Of a stretch of 64,000 nucleotides of DNA, positions 1-9,875 are shown one piece after another. The stretch is from an uncultured Thermococci archaeon (GTDB lineage Archaea; Methanobacteriota_B; Thermococci; Thermococcales; Thermococcaceae): assembly GCA_964487115.1 (NCBI GenBank), contig CAZAPD010000090.1, forward strand, positions 7,994 to 71,993, in the 5' to 3' direction. The notes beneath the pieces were generated by a model. It saw only the letters and a program-made list of their open reading frames with translations. It was not told where the DNA came from and did not search any database. The stretch's first letter is position 1; each line of letters begins with the position of its first letter. A program made the translations under genes and the position numbers.

Positions 1-1481
1 TCATAGAGCCACACCAAAAGCCGTATGTGAAGCCGATGGTAGAAAACACTTGAAGAATTGTATATGCTTGCATATCTGCTCCAGCTTCCGGTGTCAAAAT
101 AGGGAAGGGCATTTTTAACACTCATTGCGCCATCCCAGAACAGTTTCCATGCAGTCTCCTTCCCACTAACCTCCCAGTAGTAGTAGAGGCCCTGAAGGGC
201 AATTATATGGCCGTTCAAAACGAGCTCTTTCGGATAGTAGTTATACTCAAGATACCATGGACCATATTTCGTTTCAACGACGAAACCATTCTCAGACAAA
301 GGAAGATCAAAGGAATTCAGAAACTCTGTGGCCAACTTCAGATAGCTCTCGTTTCCCGTCAAGTTGTAAGCTTTGGCATAAAGTCCAGCCGCAAGTCCTT
401 GGGCATACCCCGAGACCCATGGAATGCTCGCATTCTGAAACTGAAAGTAGTTCTTGAAGAGGGCATATGTCCTATTGTTATATTCCCCATATTGGATGTA
501 CTTCCTGAGCTCATTGAGAATTTCAAGCATCTCTCTGTAGTCCCCTTTACCGTAGTATATGTGGGCCCAGTGAAGCGCCGCCACAAAATACATGTTGAAT
601 CCCCTTGCCCGATAATAGACAAACGGAAGCTCACTGTGCATCGGACTGTTTTTCACCCTAATAGTACCGTAATAGGGTGAGCTGTTGCCGAAGACCAGTG
701 TGAGATCCTTTCTGCCGGGTTTCTTATATGTGGAATAGTAGAAATTGTTTGCTCTCAGGTTCATCAAAAGGATATTCATTTCCACCTTATTCAGTCTCCT
801 CTCCTTTGCCAGATTGCCAAAGCTTCTGATGGCATAACCTAAATCCCTGTAAATCTGCAGATAGCTGAGATTTCCTGTTTTTTCCCAGAGGCCAAAGTAG
901 TAATCCTTCAGTTCTCTGTTTTTTTTCAGCTCATTGGTTAGTTTTTTGGAGTAGAGCTCTCCAAGTTCGGATGCCTCCTTGATGAGTATCTCCTCATCAC
1001 TCCCAAAGATATCTTCCGGAACCTCTACTCCAACTCTGCCTGATTTCCTTTCATCTATCTTAAGGGTGAATCTACCCGGAACATGAATGGGCTCAAGCAT
1101 GATTACATACCTTCCGGGAGAATGAAGGACATATTCAATCGTGCCGTTGAAGGGAAATTGCAGTTTTTCCCAGTTTTCTGCTCTTCCCTCAAATGAAAGC
1201 TTGACTGTAATTCCCTTTTCAAATTTCGACTGCATATACCCCCCTTTGAGAACAAGGTAAGGCCTCTCAAACTCAGTTATCCCCATGCCCATGAAATCCA
1301 AGTGGAAAGTTGCAATTTCAAAAGCAGCATTTTTCTCCTCGATCATTATATATACCTCAAGATGGCCCATTTTTTTACCCGAAGATGACGATATGGTATT
1401 ATCATTTGATACCTTAGTTATACAACCAGCAGTAAATATAACAATGAGAATTAAAATCACAGCCCCCACTCGCACTTTCAT
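1..1481 (-). CDS. Lipoprotein-like secreted protein with D-glucuronyl C5-epimerase C-terminal-like domain (3' end runs off the window start)
   Basis: Absent from the ORF track because its stop lies outside the window. Manual reverse-complement translation from the ATG at 1481-1479 stays open to position 3. N-terminus is MKVRVGAVILILIVIFTAGC (signal plus lipobox-like Cys). C-terminal motifs WVSGYAQGLAAGLYAKAY, WYLEYNYYPKELVLNGHIIALQGLY, LPYFDTGSWSRY and YHRLHIRLL match my recollection of the GLCE-type C5-epimerase C-terminal domain. Confidence 0.7.
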   Translation of the reverse strand, partial: MKVRVGAVILILIVIFTAGCITKVSNDNTISSSSGKKMGHLEVYIMIEEKNAAFEIATFHLDFMGMGITEFERPYLVLKGGYMQSKFEKGITVKLSFEGRAENWEKLQFPFNGTIEYVLHSPGRYVIMLEPIHVPGRFTLKIDERKSGRVGVEVPEDIFGSDEEILIKEASELGELYSKKLTNELKKNRELKDYYFGLWEKTGNLSYLQIYRDLGYAIRSFGNLAKERRLNKVEMNILLMNLRANNFYYSTYKKPGRKDLTLVFGNSSPYYGTIRVKNSPMHSELPFVYYRARGFNMYFVAALHWAHIYYGKGDYREMLEILNELRKYIQYGEYNNRTYALFKNYFQFQNASIPWVSGYAQGLAAGLYAKAYNLTGNESYLKLATEFLNSFDLPLSENGFVVETKYGPWYLEYNYYPKELVLNGHIIALQGLYYYWEVSGKETAWKLFWDGAMSVKNALPYFDTGSWSRYASIYNSSSVFYHRLHIRLLVWLY

Positions 1482-1524
1482 ACTACTTCCCATAGAAAAA
1501 TAGAGAGAGGGATTATAAGGTTTT

Positions 1525-2939
<1,415 letters not shown>

Positions 2940-3016
2940 TTAAACCTTTTTTAACATTTTTTTGTTCAAGGATAAAACTTATAATCAGGTTTTAGAATCC
3001 TACTACGGGATGGATT

Positions 3017-3910
3017 ATGAAAAGCCCTTGCACATTCTGGTCTGAGGAAATAATGCCTGCCCTTAGAGCGAGGATAGCATATGTCCTGTATTCTTCGGGA
3101 TTCACACAAACTCAAATAGCCGAAATACTGGATATAACCCAAGCAATGGTAAGTAAATATCTCTCAGGGAAATTTAAGAAGCTCGCTCCAAATGTGCAAA
3201 GATTAGTTGACAAGATTGCCGATGAGATAGCGAATCTAATACTATGTGGAGCTGGAAAAGAAGAGTTGATAAAATTTAGTACCCAGAAGTTTATGGAATT
3301 TTTTGAAAATGACGTTGGTTGTAGAGCGTATTTACAATATGCTGGGCTGAAGGACGAGTCTTTCTGCAGAGAGTTATTTAGTATCCCCCCATCCAGAAGC
3401 GGTGTTCTCGAAATGTTAAATCTGGCTGTTGGACAACTCCTCAGCGATAACAAATTCATCGAACTCTTACCCGAGATAAGGAGCAACTTCGTTTATGCCA
3501 TTCCAAATCCAAGAGATTACAGAGATGTTGCAGCAGTTCCCGGAAGGATAACGCTTGTAAAAGGAAAACTTTTTGCTCTACCACCAGAATTCGGTGCCAG
3601 CAAGCATACGGCGGCTATTCTGCTTGAACTATCAAAAATCTTCCCTGAAATAAGGAGCGTTCTAAATATCAAATTCAATGAAAGGATTTCACATGCCATG
3701 AAAAAAGCAGGGTTCAGGGTTACAGAGATAATCGGAGAGGAAAGAGACGAGGAGCAGACAATAAACATGATAGCAGAAAAATTCAGGGGGAAGGAATGGG
3801 ATGCCGTGGTCGACAGAGGAGGATTTGGTATAGAGCCTGTCGTCTATATCTTTGGAAGGAATCCTATGGAAGTTCTTGAAAAGCTTAAAAGGCTGGAGAA
3901 ATTTCTGTAA
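3017..3910 (+). CDS. HTH domain fused to ThiN-type thiamine-phosphate-synthase-like domain (ThiR-like regulator or ThiN enzyme)
   Basis: 297 aa. N-terminal HTH (GFTQTQIAEILDITQAMVSKYLSG). C-terminal ThiN-like motifs VPGRITLV, FGASKHTAAILL and GGFGIEPVVYIFG. Confidence 0.7.
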   Translation: MKSPCTFWSEEIMPALRARIAYVLYSSGFTQTQIAEILDITQAMVSKYLSGKFKKLAPNVQRLVDKIADEIANLILCGAGKEELIKFSTQKFMEFFENDVGCRAYLQYAGLKDESFCRELFSIPPSRSGVLEMLNLAVGQLLSDNKFIELLPEIRSNFVYAIPNPRDYRDVAAVPGRITLVKGKLFALPPEFGASKHTAAILLELSKIFPEIRSVLNIKFNERISHAMKKAGFRVTEIIGEERDEEQTINMIAEKFRGKEWDAVVDRGGFGIEPVVYIFGRNPMEVLEKLKRLEKFL

Positions 3911-3964
3911 GATTTCAATGAAGGTTAAATTTAATAGGCTCAGCTCATACTCTCAGGGGGTGTC

Positions 3965-4381
3965 ATGATGAAAATCGTAAGCAAAGAACTCAGATTTTCA
4001 ACCCGGGGAGAAATTGATTTGGTTGATATAACAGCCGATGTAGAGAGATTTGTCAGGGAAAGTGGGGTTAGAAACGGTCAAGTTCTCGTCTTCGTTCCCG
4101 GAGCGACCGGAGCTGTAGTAACGATAGAACATGAATCAGGTCTGCTTGAGGATTTTAAGAGAGTTTTAAGGCAGCTGGTATCACAGGGAGAGGGTTACCT
4201 TCACGACAGGATTGACAACAATGCACATTCTCACCTGAGGGCGACACTGCTCGGACCAAGCCTTGTTTTGCCGGTTATAGATGGCAAACTCATCAGAGGC
4301 ACATGGCAGCAGATTTTTTTCGTCGAGCTGGACGTGAGGCCGCGACACAGACGGCTCATAGTGCAGGTGGTCGGTGGGTGA
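3965..4381 (+). CDS. YjbQ/UPF0047 family protein (secondary thiamine-phosphate synthase family)
   Basis: 138 aa. Family-typical GATGAVVTIEHESGLLEDF, NAHSHLRATLLGPS and GTWQQIFFVELD. Confidence 0.85.
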   Translation: MMKIVSKELRFSTRGEIDLVDITADVERFVRESGVRNGQVLVFVPGATGAVVTIEHESGLLEDFKRVLRQLVSQGEGYLHDRIDNNAHSHLRATLLGPSLVLPVIDGKLIRGTWQQIFFVELDVRPRHRRLIVQVVGG

Positions 4382-4384
4382 GTT

Positions 4385-4560
4385 CAAGCAGTGCCGCCCT
4401 TTCACCCCAGACTTCCTGCTATCACATCCCCTTGCAGGAGTTCCAGTAAGGTAAATCCCGCCAGCGGGGAGTTACTCCTTTAGAAGAGCTGAAAGGGGGT
4501 AATAACCCGCCCATGTTCATTGACTCCGCCTTCAGCGGTACTCCCCGGGCAGTCTTTAAT
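4385..4560. ncRNA. Candidate structured non-coding RNA (GC-rich island in an AT-rich spacer); identity and strand unknown
   Basis: Hand count gives 97 G+C in 180 nt (54%) for 4381-4560 versus 65 in 180 (36%) for 4561-4740. Complementary arms: GGGGAGT (about 4475) with ACTCCCC (about 4541), GCTGAAAGG with CCTTCAGC, and ACTTCCTGC-N14-GCAGGAGT (about 4411-4441). No ORF longer than about 32 aa. Confidence 0.3.
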
Positions 4561-4725
4561 AGTTTCCAAAGGATATAAAGATTTCCTTGATTCGTCTGCA
4601 CGATTGGAACATTCCAACATTACTTTTTAGTGAAAAACCAAAAACCCTTAACAGAGTTCCATCCCTACACTGGCACCTTCGCCCGTTAAAAGATTCTTAG
4701 TAAAAATCAAACTAAAACCAAAAAC

Positions 4726-4733
4726 TTTTAAAG
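4726..4733 (+). promoter_or_regulatory. TATA box (TTTTAAAG, preceded by an A-rich BRE-like stretch) for tRNA-Ala
   Basis: Centre is about 33 nt upstream of the mature tRNA 5' end. This fits an archaeal TATA at about -26 plus a short leader removed by RNase P. Confidence 0.45.
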
Positions 4734-4761
4734 ACCGGACAGGTCTCATTTAAATAGGCAT

Positions 4762-4839
4762 GGGCCGGTAGCTCAGCCTGGTATGAGCGCCGCCCTCGCA
4801 AGGCGGAGGCCGCGGGTTCAAATCCCGCCCGGTCCACCA
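4762..4839 (+). tRNA. tRNA-Ala (anticodon CGC), CCA encoded
   Basis: Manual cloverleaf: acceptor GGGCCGG/CCGGTCC with the G3:U70 Ala identity pair, D arm GCTC/GAGC, anticodon arm CCGCC-CTCGCAA-GGCGG, T arm GCGGG-TTCAAAT-CCCGC, discriminator A, then CCA. Confidence 0.95.
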
Positions 4840-4889
4840 GCTTCCGGAAAGTCTTTAATCCTTCATGCAGAAACTTTTCTGGTGGTGTT

Positions 4890-5999
4890 ATGTTTGAAAA
4901 AGGTCACATTGATGAGAACTACGTGCGGGTCTCAAGAGATGAGCTCTTCTCTTTCGTCGTGAAAGTTCTCACGAAGCTTGGAGTTCCTGTTAAAGATGCA
5001 GAAATAGTTGCAGACAACCTGATAATGGCAGACCTGAGGGGAATTGAAAGTCACGGCGTTCAGAGGCTTAAGCGTTATGTGGATGGAATCCTCAGCGGCG
5101 GCATAAATCTCAAGCCAGACATTAGAATCGTCAGAGAAGGAGCTTCATATGCCCTGATAGATGGGGATGAAGCTCTTGGACAGGTTGTTGGGTACAAGGC
5201 CATGGACTTGGCAATTAAAAAAGCCAGAGAGAGCGGCATCGGAGTTGTCACAGTAAGAAACAGCAATCACTACGGTATAGCAGGCTACTACGCACTAATG
5301 GCTACCCAAGAAGACATGATAGGAATAAGTATGACGAATTCACGCCCATTAGTTGCTCCAACCGGCGGGATAGAAAGGTTTCTGGGGACGAATCCAATTG
5401 CTTTAGCTGCCCCGACAAAAGATAAACCATTTCTGCTTGATATGGCTACAAGTGTTGTCCCAATCGGGAAGCTTGAGGTTTACCGCAGGAAAGGAGAGCA
5501 CATTCCAGAGGGCTGGGCAATTGATTGCAAAGGTAACATAACAACCAATGTGGAGAAGGTCTTCAACGGAGGAGCTCTTCTCCCCCTCGGAGGCTTTGGA
5601 GAGCTCTTCGGCGGACACAAAGGCTATGGGCTCAGTGTTATGGTCGATATTTTGGCTGGAATCTTGAGCGGTGGAACATGGAGCAGGCATGTCAAAAATA
5701 CAAGCGAAAAGCACAGCGAGGTTGACCACTTCTTCATGGCGATCAACATCGAAGCCTTCCTTCCACTGGAGGAGTTCAAAGAAAAGATGAGCAAGATGAT
5801 TGAAGAACTGAAAACTTCCAAAAAACATCCTGACTTTGAAAAGATATGGATTCACGGAGAAAAGGGTTTTCTAACCACAGAAACTCGCTTAAAAATTGGC
5901 ATCCCAATTTACAGGAAAGTTCTGGATGAACTTAACGGAATTGCAGAAACGGTTGGAGTGCAAAAACTAAAAGTCGGTGACAGAGATGGAAAAGCTTAA
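4890..5999 (+). CDS. Ldh_2 family malate/L-lactate/L-sulfolactate dehydrogenase
   Basis: 369 aa with RGIESHGVQRL, NSNHYGIAGYY and GGHKGYGLS motifs typical of type-2 malate/lactate dehydrogenases. Confidence 0.85.
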   Translation: MFEKGHIDENYVRVSRDELFSFVVKVLTKLGVPVKDAEIVADNLIMADLRGIESHGVQRLKRYVDGILSGGINLKPDIRIVREGASYALIDGDEALGQVVGYKAMDLAIKKARESGIGVVTVRNSNHYGIAGYYALMATQEDMIGISMTNSRPLVAPTGGIERFLGTNPIALAAPTKDKPFLLDMATSVVPIGKLEVYRRKGEHIPEGWAIDCKGNITTNVEKVFNGGALLPLGGFGELFGGHKGYGLSVMVDILAGILSGGTWSRHVKNTSEKHSEVDHFFMAINIEAFLPLEEFKEKMSKMIEELKTSKKHPDFEKIWIHGEKGFLTTETRLKIGIPIYRKVLDELNGIAETVGVQKLKVGDRDGKA

Positions 6000-7293
6000 A
6001 GAAAGGGCTCTATCTTTTCATAGGAACAATTTTCCGGGAAACGGCAAAATTGAGGTAATTCCAAAGGTTTCTCTAAAAACAAGACATGACCTTAGCTTGG
6101 CTTATACTCCGGGAGTTGCAGAGCCATGCAGAGAAATAACCAAAAATCCAGATGCCGTGTATGAATACACGAGCAAAGGTAACCTCGTAGCTGTTGTGAG
6201 TGATGGGAGCAGAATTCTGGGTTTGGGCAACATTGGAGCCTTAGCGGGTTTACCTGTGATGGAAGGGAAAGCCCTGCTTTTCAAGCATTTCGGGGGCGTT
6301 GATGCGTTTCCAATAATGATCAATGAGCAGGAACAGGACAGGTTTGTTGAGATTGTCAAGGCGATAGCACCCACATTTGGAGGTATAAATCTTGAGGACA
6401 TAGCATCACCCAAATGCTTCTACATTCTTGAGAGATTGAGAAAGGAGCTGAACATACCGGTCTTCCATGACGACCAGCAGGGTACAGCAGCTGTTGTCTT
6501 AGCAGGTCTCTTAAACGCTCTCAAGGTCGTTGGCAAAAATTTCAGGGAAATTACAGTCACCATGTTTGGGGCAGGCGCTGCAGGTTTTGCTGTGCTCAGG
6601 ATTCTAACAGAAGCAGGTGTAAAACCTGAAAACGTCAGGATCGTTGAACTTGTCGAGGGTAAGCCAACTGTTTTAACAGATGATATGGATCTGGAGGAAC
6701 TGTTTCCGTACAGGGGCTGGCTTTTAAGCAGAACCAATGCAGAAGGTGTCACAGGGGAGCCTGTAGATGCTGTAAAAGGTGCGGATGTTCTTATATCCTT
6801 CACAAAGCCCGGTCCGGGGGTTATAAAGCCTGAATGGATATCAAAAATGAACGATGATGCCGTAGTCTTTCCGCTGGCAAATCCTGTTCCAGAGATACTC
6901 CCGGATGAGGCCAGAAGAGCCGGAGCCAGAATAGTTGCAACAGGAAGAAGCGACTTTCCAAATCAGGTTAATAATGTCCTTGGATTTCCGGGAATTTTCA
7001 GGGGAGCGTTGGATGTGAGAGCGAGGACCATAACTGATAACATGATAATCGAGGCTGCAAAAGCAATAGCTGATGTTGTCGAGGAGCCCAGCGATGAATA
7101 CATAATACCCTCACCACTTAATCCCGAAGTTCCACCAAAAGTGGCGAGGGCAGTTGCAGAGCAGGCGATGAAAGAGGGCATTGCGAGGAGAAGTGTTAGC
7201 GGAAAATGGGTCGAAGAACATACAAGAAAGCTCAGGGAGTTCTATGAAAATGTCATTGCCCCTGTAAATGAAAGGAGGAGGGATTTCAAGTGA
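5986..7293 (+). CDS. NAD(P)-dependent malic enzyme (short prokaryotic type)
   Basis: ORF track 5977-7293. The ATG at 5986 (MEKLKERAL) is the preferred start. SLAYTPGVAEPC, VVSDGSRILGLGNIG, FHDDQQGTA and GAGAAG motifs. Confidence 0.9.
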   Translation: MEKLKERALSFHRNNFPGNGKIEVIPKVSLKTRHDLSLAYTPGVAEPCREITKNPDAVYEYTSKGNLVAVVSDGSRILGLGNIGALAGLPVMEGKALLFKHFGGVDAFPIMINEQEQDRFVEIVKAIAPTFGGINLEDIASPKCFYILERLRKELNIPVFHDDQQGTAAVVLAGLLNALKVVGKNFREITVTMFGAGAAGFAVLRILTEAGVKPENVRIVELVEGKPTVLTDDMDLEELFPYRGWLLSRTNAEGVTGEPVDAVKGADVLISFTKPGPGVIKPEWISKMNDDAVVFPLANPVPEILPDEARRAGARIVATGRSDFPNQVNNVLGFPGIFRGALDVRARTITDNMIIEAAKAIADVVEEPSDEYIIPSPLNPEVPPKVARAVAEQAMKEGIARRSVSGKWVEEHTRKLREFYENVIAPVNERRRDFK

Positions 7294-8906
7294 AGGTTGT
7301 GGATGCCAAGAGAGCAATCTCCGCAGTTCCAGACGGTGCTACCATAGCCATTTCAGGATTCAACCTGCTGGTTGCTCCCGAGTATCTGCTTATGAAGCTC
7401 TTCGAGCATTACAGGGAAACAGGACATCCGAAGAGGGTTTTTCTTGAGGTAAATCCTATTCCCACTGCCCCAGATAGGGTTCTTGATCGGATAATGGAGG
7501 AGATATATAAAGAAGACGAACAGGAGTTTCTTACAGGCATTCTCGTTACATATCCCGGCTGGTCTCCATATCTCCAGAGGTTGATTCAGGAAAACAGAAT
7601 TGAGGGCTACACATGGTCAATTGGAACAGCCTCGTGGTTTTTCAGGGAAGTTTCAAGAGGCCTACCCGGCGTCATTACAAAGGTGGGTCTCAAAACCTTC
7701 CTCGATCCACGGGAGGATGGTGGTTACCTGAATAACCTCGCCAGAAAAAAGAAGAGATGCAGGATAGAAGTAGTGAAGATACAGGGCGAGGAATATCTCC
7801 TCTATCAGGCTCCAAAACCGAACATTGCTTTTATCAGAGGAACAACGGCAGATGAGATTGGGAACATAACAACCGAGAGAGAGGGAGCATTTACCGAGAT
7901 ACTCAATCTGGCTCAGGCAGCTAAGGCTGAACCGGAGAAGGGTCTCGTAATAGCTCAGGTGGAGAGAATCGCAAGGTATCCCTCTCTGAATCCGCAAGAT
8001 GTTAAAGTTCCCGGTCCGTTAGTGGACTATGTTGTCGTTTCTCCACCAGAATATCACAGACAGAGCGCAAACATATCATACGAACCAACGATTTCAGGGG
8101 AGGTAATTCCACCGATGGATCCCTCATCACTTCCAAGCTCCCCTTTGAATACTCAGAAAGTTATAGCGAGGAGAATCCTGCTCGAAATGATAGAGCTCGT
8201 CAAAAAGCTCAAGAGACCGATCCTCGTAAACCTCGGCATAGGAATACCCGACAAGGTAGCTGGCATAGCAATGGAAGAAGGTGTCTCCGAGTGGGTATTC
8301 ACCACTGTCGAATCTGGGCCTTTCGGCGGTATAGCTCTGGGAGGGCCAGATTTTGGAGCATCAATAGGGCCCTTTGCCATAATATCCCAGCCAGATCAAT
8401 TTGCCAACTATGAAGGTGGGGTTATAGACGCGGCCAGTTTGGGCTTCATGCAGGTTGACGAGAGAGGAAATGTTAACCCCTCGCTCTTACCCGGCAGACT
8501 GCCCGGGCCAGGGGGATTTCCTGTCATCTCATATGGTTCGCCAAGAATGTTCTTTGCCGGCCACTTCACGGCAGGAAAAAAGGAAATCAAGGTGGAAAAC
8601 GGAAGGTTGGAGATAATCAGGGACGGAAGCATCAAAAAGTTCGTCAGGAGAGTGTATAAGGTGGTCTACAATGCTCCCCTTGGTCTTGAAAGAGGTCAGG
8701 AAGTTGCCTACATCACGGAGAGGGCTGTTTTTAGACTTACAGAGAGAGGCCTTGTTCTGGAGGAATATGCTCCGGGGATAGATATCGAGAAAGACATACT
8801 GAAGAAGATGGAATTCAAACCGAAAATAACTCCGGAGTTAAAGGAGATGGATGACAGGCTTTTCAGGTCGGAACCCATGGAGATAAAAGAGGAGCTTCAG
8901 GGGTAG
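7290..8906 (+). CDS. Acyl-CoA:acetate/3-ketoacid CoA-transferase family protein (fused A/B halves)
   Basis: 538 aa. GTG start overlaps the malic enzyme stop (GTGA), with GGAGGAGG 8 nt upstream. AISAVPDGATIAISGF N-terminus and a TVESGPFGG-type glutamate motif. Confidence 0.75.
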   Translation: MKVVDAKRAISAVPDGATIAISGFNLLVAPEYLLMKLFEHYRETGHPKRVFLEVNPIPTAPDRVLDRIMEEIYKEDEQEFLTGILVTYPGWSPYLQRLIQENRIEGYTWSIGTASWFFREVSRGLPGVITKVGLKTFLDPREDGGYLNNLARKKKRCRIEVVKIQGEEYLLYQAPKPNIAFIRGTTADEIGNITTEREGAFTEILNLAQAAKAEPEKGLVIAQVERIARYPSLNPQDVKVPGPLVDYVVVSPPEYHRQSANISYEPTISGEVIPPMDPSSLPSSPLNTQKVIARRILLEMIELVKKLKRPILVNLGIGIPDKVAGIAMEEGVSEWVFTTVESGPFGGIALGGPDFGASIGPFAIISQPDQFANYEGGVIDAASLGFMQVDERGNVNPSLLPGRLPGPGGFPVISYGSPRMFFAGHFTAGKKEIKVENGRLEIIRDGSIKKFVRRVYKVVYNAPLGLERGQEVAYITERAVFRLTERGLVLEEYAPGIDIEKDILKKMEFKPKITPELKEMDDRLFRSEPMEIKEELQG

Positions 8907-9400
8907 ACAGAGTTTCCGTGGGAATCAATTGCAACGAGCAGGGGAAAATCTTTGACCTCAAGCACCCAGATAGCCTCAGGAACTCCAAGATCGAGCCAGA
9001 AAACATCAACCACCCTTTTTATACTTTTAGCGGCTAATGCCCCTGCTCCCCCGGTGAAAGCAAAATACACGGCTCTGCCTTTAAATGGTTCGGCGTCCAT
9101 ACCTCCCTTTCCTATTATGCCTCTAACTCCCATATCCAGAATTCGATTGAGGTAGCGGTTCATTCTCGTGCTCGTGGTTGGTCCGGCAGAAACTACCTCA
9201 TAACCCGCGAAACTTTTCCTGACAATCGGCCCACAGTGGTATATCACTGATCCTTTAAGCTCGATTGGAGCATTCCACTCAATTATCCTCCTGTGGGCCA
9301 TATCTCGTGCGGTATATATAATCCCGGAGAGATAAACTATATCCCCGATCCTGAGCTTTAAGATATCTTCTTGGTTTAGGGGCGTTGTCAGTTTTCTCAT
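8897..9400 (-). CDS. Class I (Fe-S) fumarate hydratase / tartrate dehydratase beta subunit
   Basis: 167 aa. LRIGDIVYLSGIIYTARDMAHRR, IYHCGP and GKGGM motifs of the FumA C-terminal/TtdB family. Converges on the CoA-transferase gene with a 10-nt overlap. Confidence 0.9.
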   Translation of the reverse strand: MRKLTTPLNQEDILKLRIGDIVYLSGIIYTARDMAHRRIIEWNAPIELKGSVIYHCGPIVRKSFAGYEVVSAGPTTSTRMNRYLNRILDMGVRGIIGKGGMDAEPFKGRAVYFAFTGGAGALAAKSIKRVVDVFWLDLGVPEAIWVLEVKDFPLLVAIDSHGNSVYP

Positions 9401-9633
9401 GATATATAAAACACAAAAGTAGGTTTAAAGTGTTTTTGCCCTCATGCTCCACCCGGGTTTGACAATTTCTTTCAAACTCACAACTTAAGTATCAGTATTA
9501 GGCTAATTATCCAATGGGGAGTTCAAATAATACTGCATTCAACTATTAGAGTTGTATACAATTTCGTATAAGCCATGTTAGAAATCAAAACTCAGTTCCT
9601 CCAATCAATTTTAAACCTTGAGGAGGGAGAAAA

Positions 9634-9804
9634 ATGATTTGGGAAGCAGAGCCTGATATTGTGGAGTATATCAATAAAAAAACAGGCATTAATATCGACA
9701 CCATTATTACCATCCTCAATGCAGAGGAAGCTTTTTTCATGATTCAAATTCAGAAAGCCTTGAAGACAAAGAAGAAAAGAGTTAAGGAGGAGTTGGTAAT
9801 ATGA
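9634..9804 (+). CDS. 56-aa hypothetical protein, translationally coupled to the giant ORF
   Basis: Below the ORF-track size cut-off. Sequence is MIWEAEPDIVEYINKKTGINIDTIITILNAEEAFFMIQIQKALKTKKKRVKEELVI. Strong SD GGAGGGAG (9622-9629) lies 4 nt upstream of the ATG. Its TGA (9802-9804) overlaps the ATG (9801-9803) of the giant ORF. Confidence 0.45.
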   Translation: MIWEAEPDIVEYINKKTGINIDTIITILNAEEAFFMIQIQKALKTKKKRVKEELVI

Positions 9805-9875
9805 AAAGAGCAACGACTGCTATGGTGATATTCTTAATACTCTTTTCACTGTTTTCATATCCTCTCCTCGCAGCC
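9801..9875 (+). other. Signal peptide of the giant protein
   Basis: MKRATTAMVIFLILFSLFSYPLLAA: basic n-region, hydrophobic core, A-x-A-like end. Confidence 0.7.

Noticed and set aside
207-680. Plus-strand 157-aa ORF, with 257-457 (+) and 359-634 (-), at the window start
   Set aside because: All lie inside, or are frame-shifted relative to, the long minus-strand C5-epimerase-like frame. That frame has clear family motifs, while these ORFs have low-complexity, shadow-like sequences.
4551-4859. 10-nt direct repeat AGTCTTTAAT at 4551-4560 and 4850-4859 flanking the tRNA-Ala gene (possible att sites)
   Set aside because: By rough estimate, tens of such 10-mer matches within 300 nt are expected by chance in 64 kb of AT-biased sequence. 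Both copies also look like TATA-like promoter elements, and there is no integrase nearby.
9457-9477. Inverted repeat GTTTGA-N9-TCAAAC in the spacer left of the insert (possible operator or SurR-like site)
   Set aside because: The arms are only 6 bp, it does not fit the GTTn3AAC SurR consensus spacing, and it could easily arise by chance.
9592-9813. Minus-strand 73-aa ORF across the micro-ORF / giant-ORF start
   Set aside because: It is antisense to a region with two strong plus-strand SD-ATG signals. It has no SD of its own, and its sequence is Cys/Phe/Leu-rich and shadow-like.
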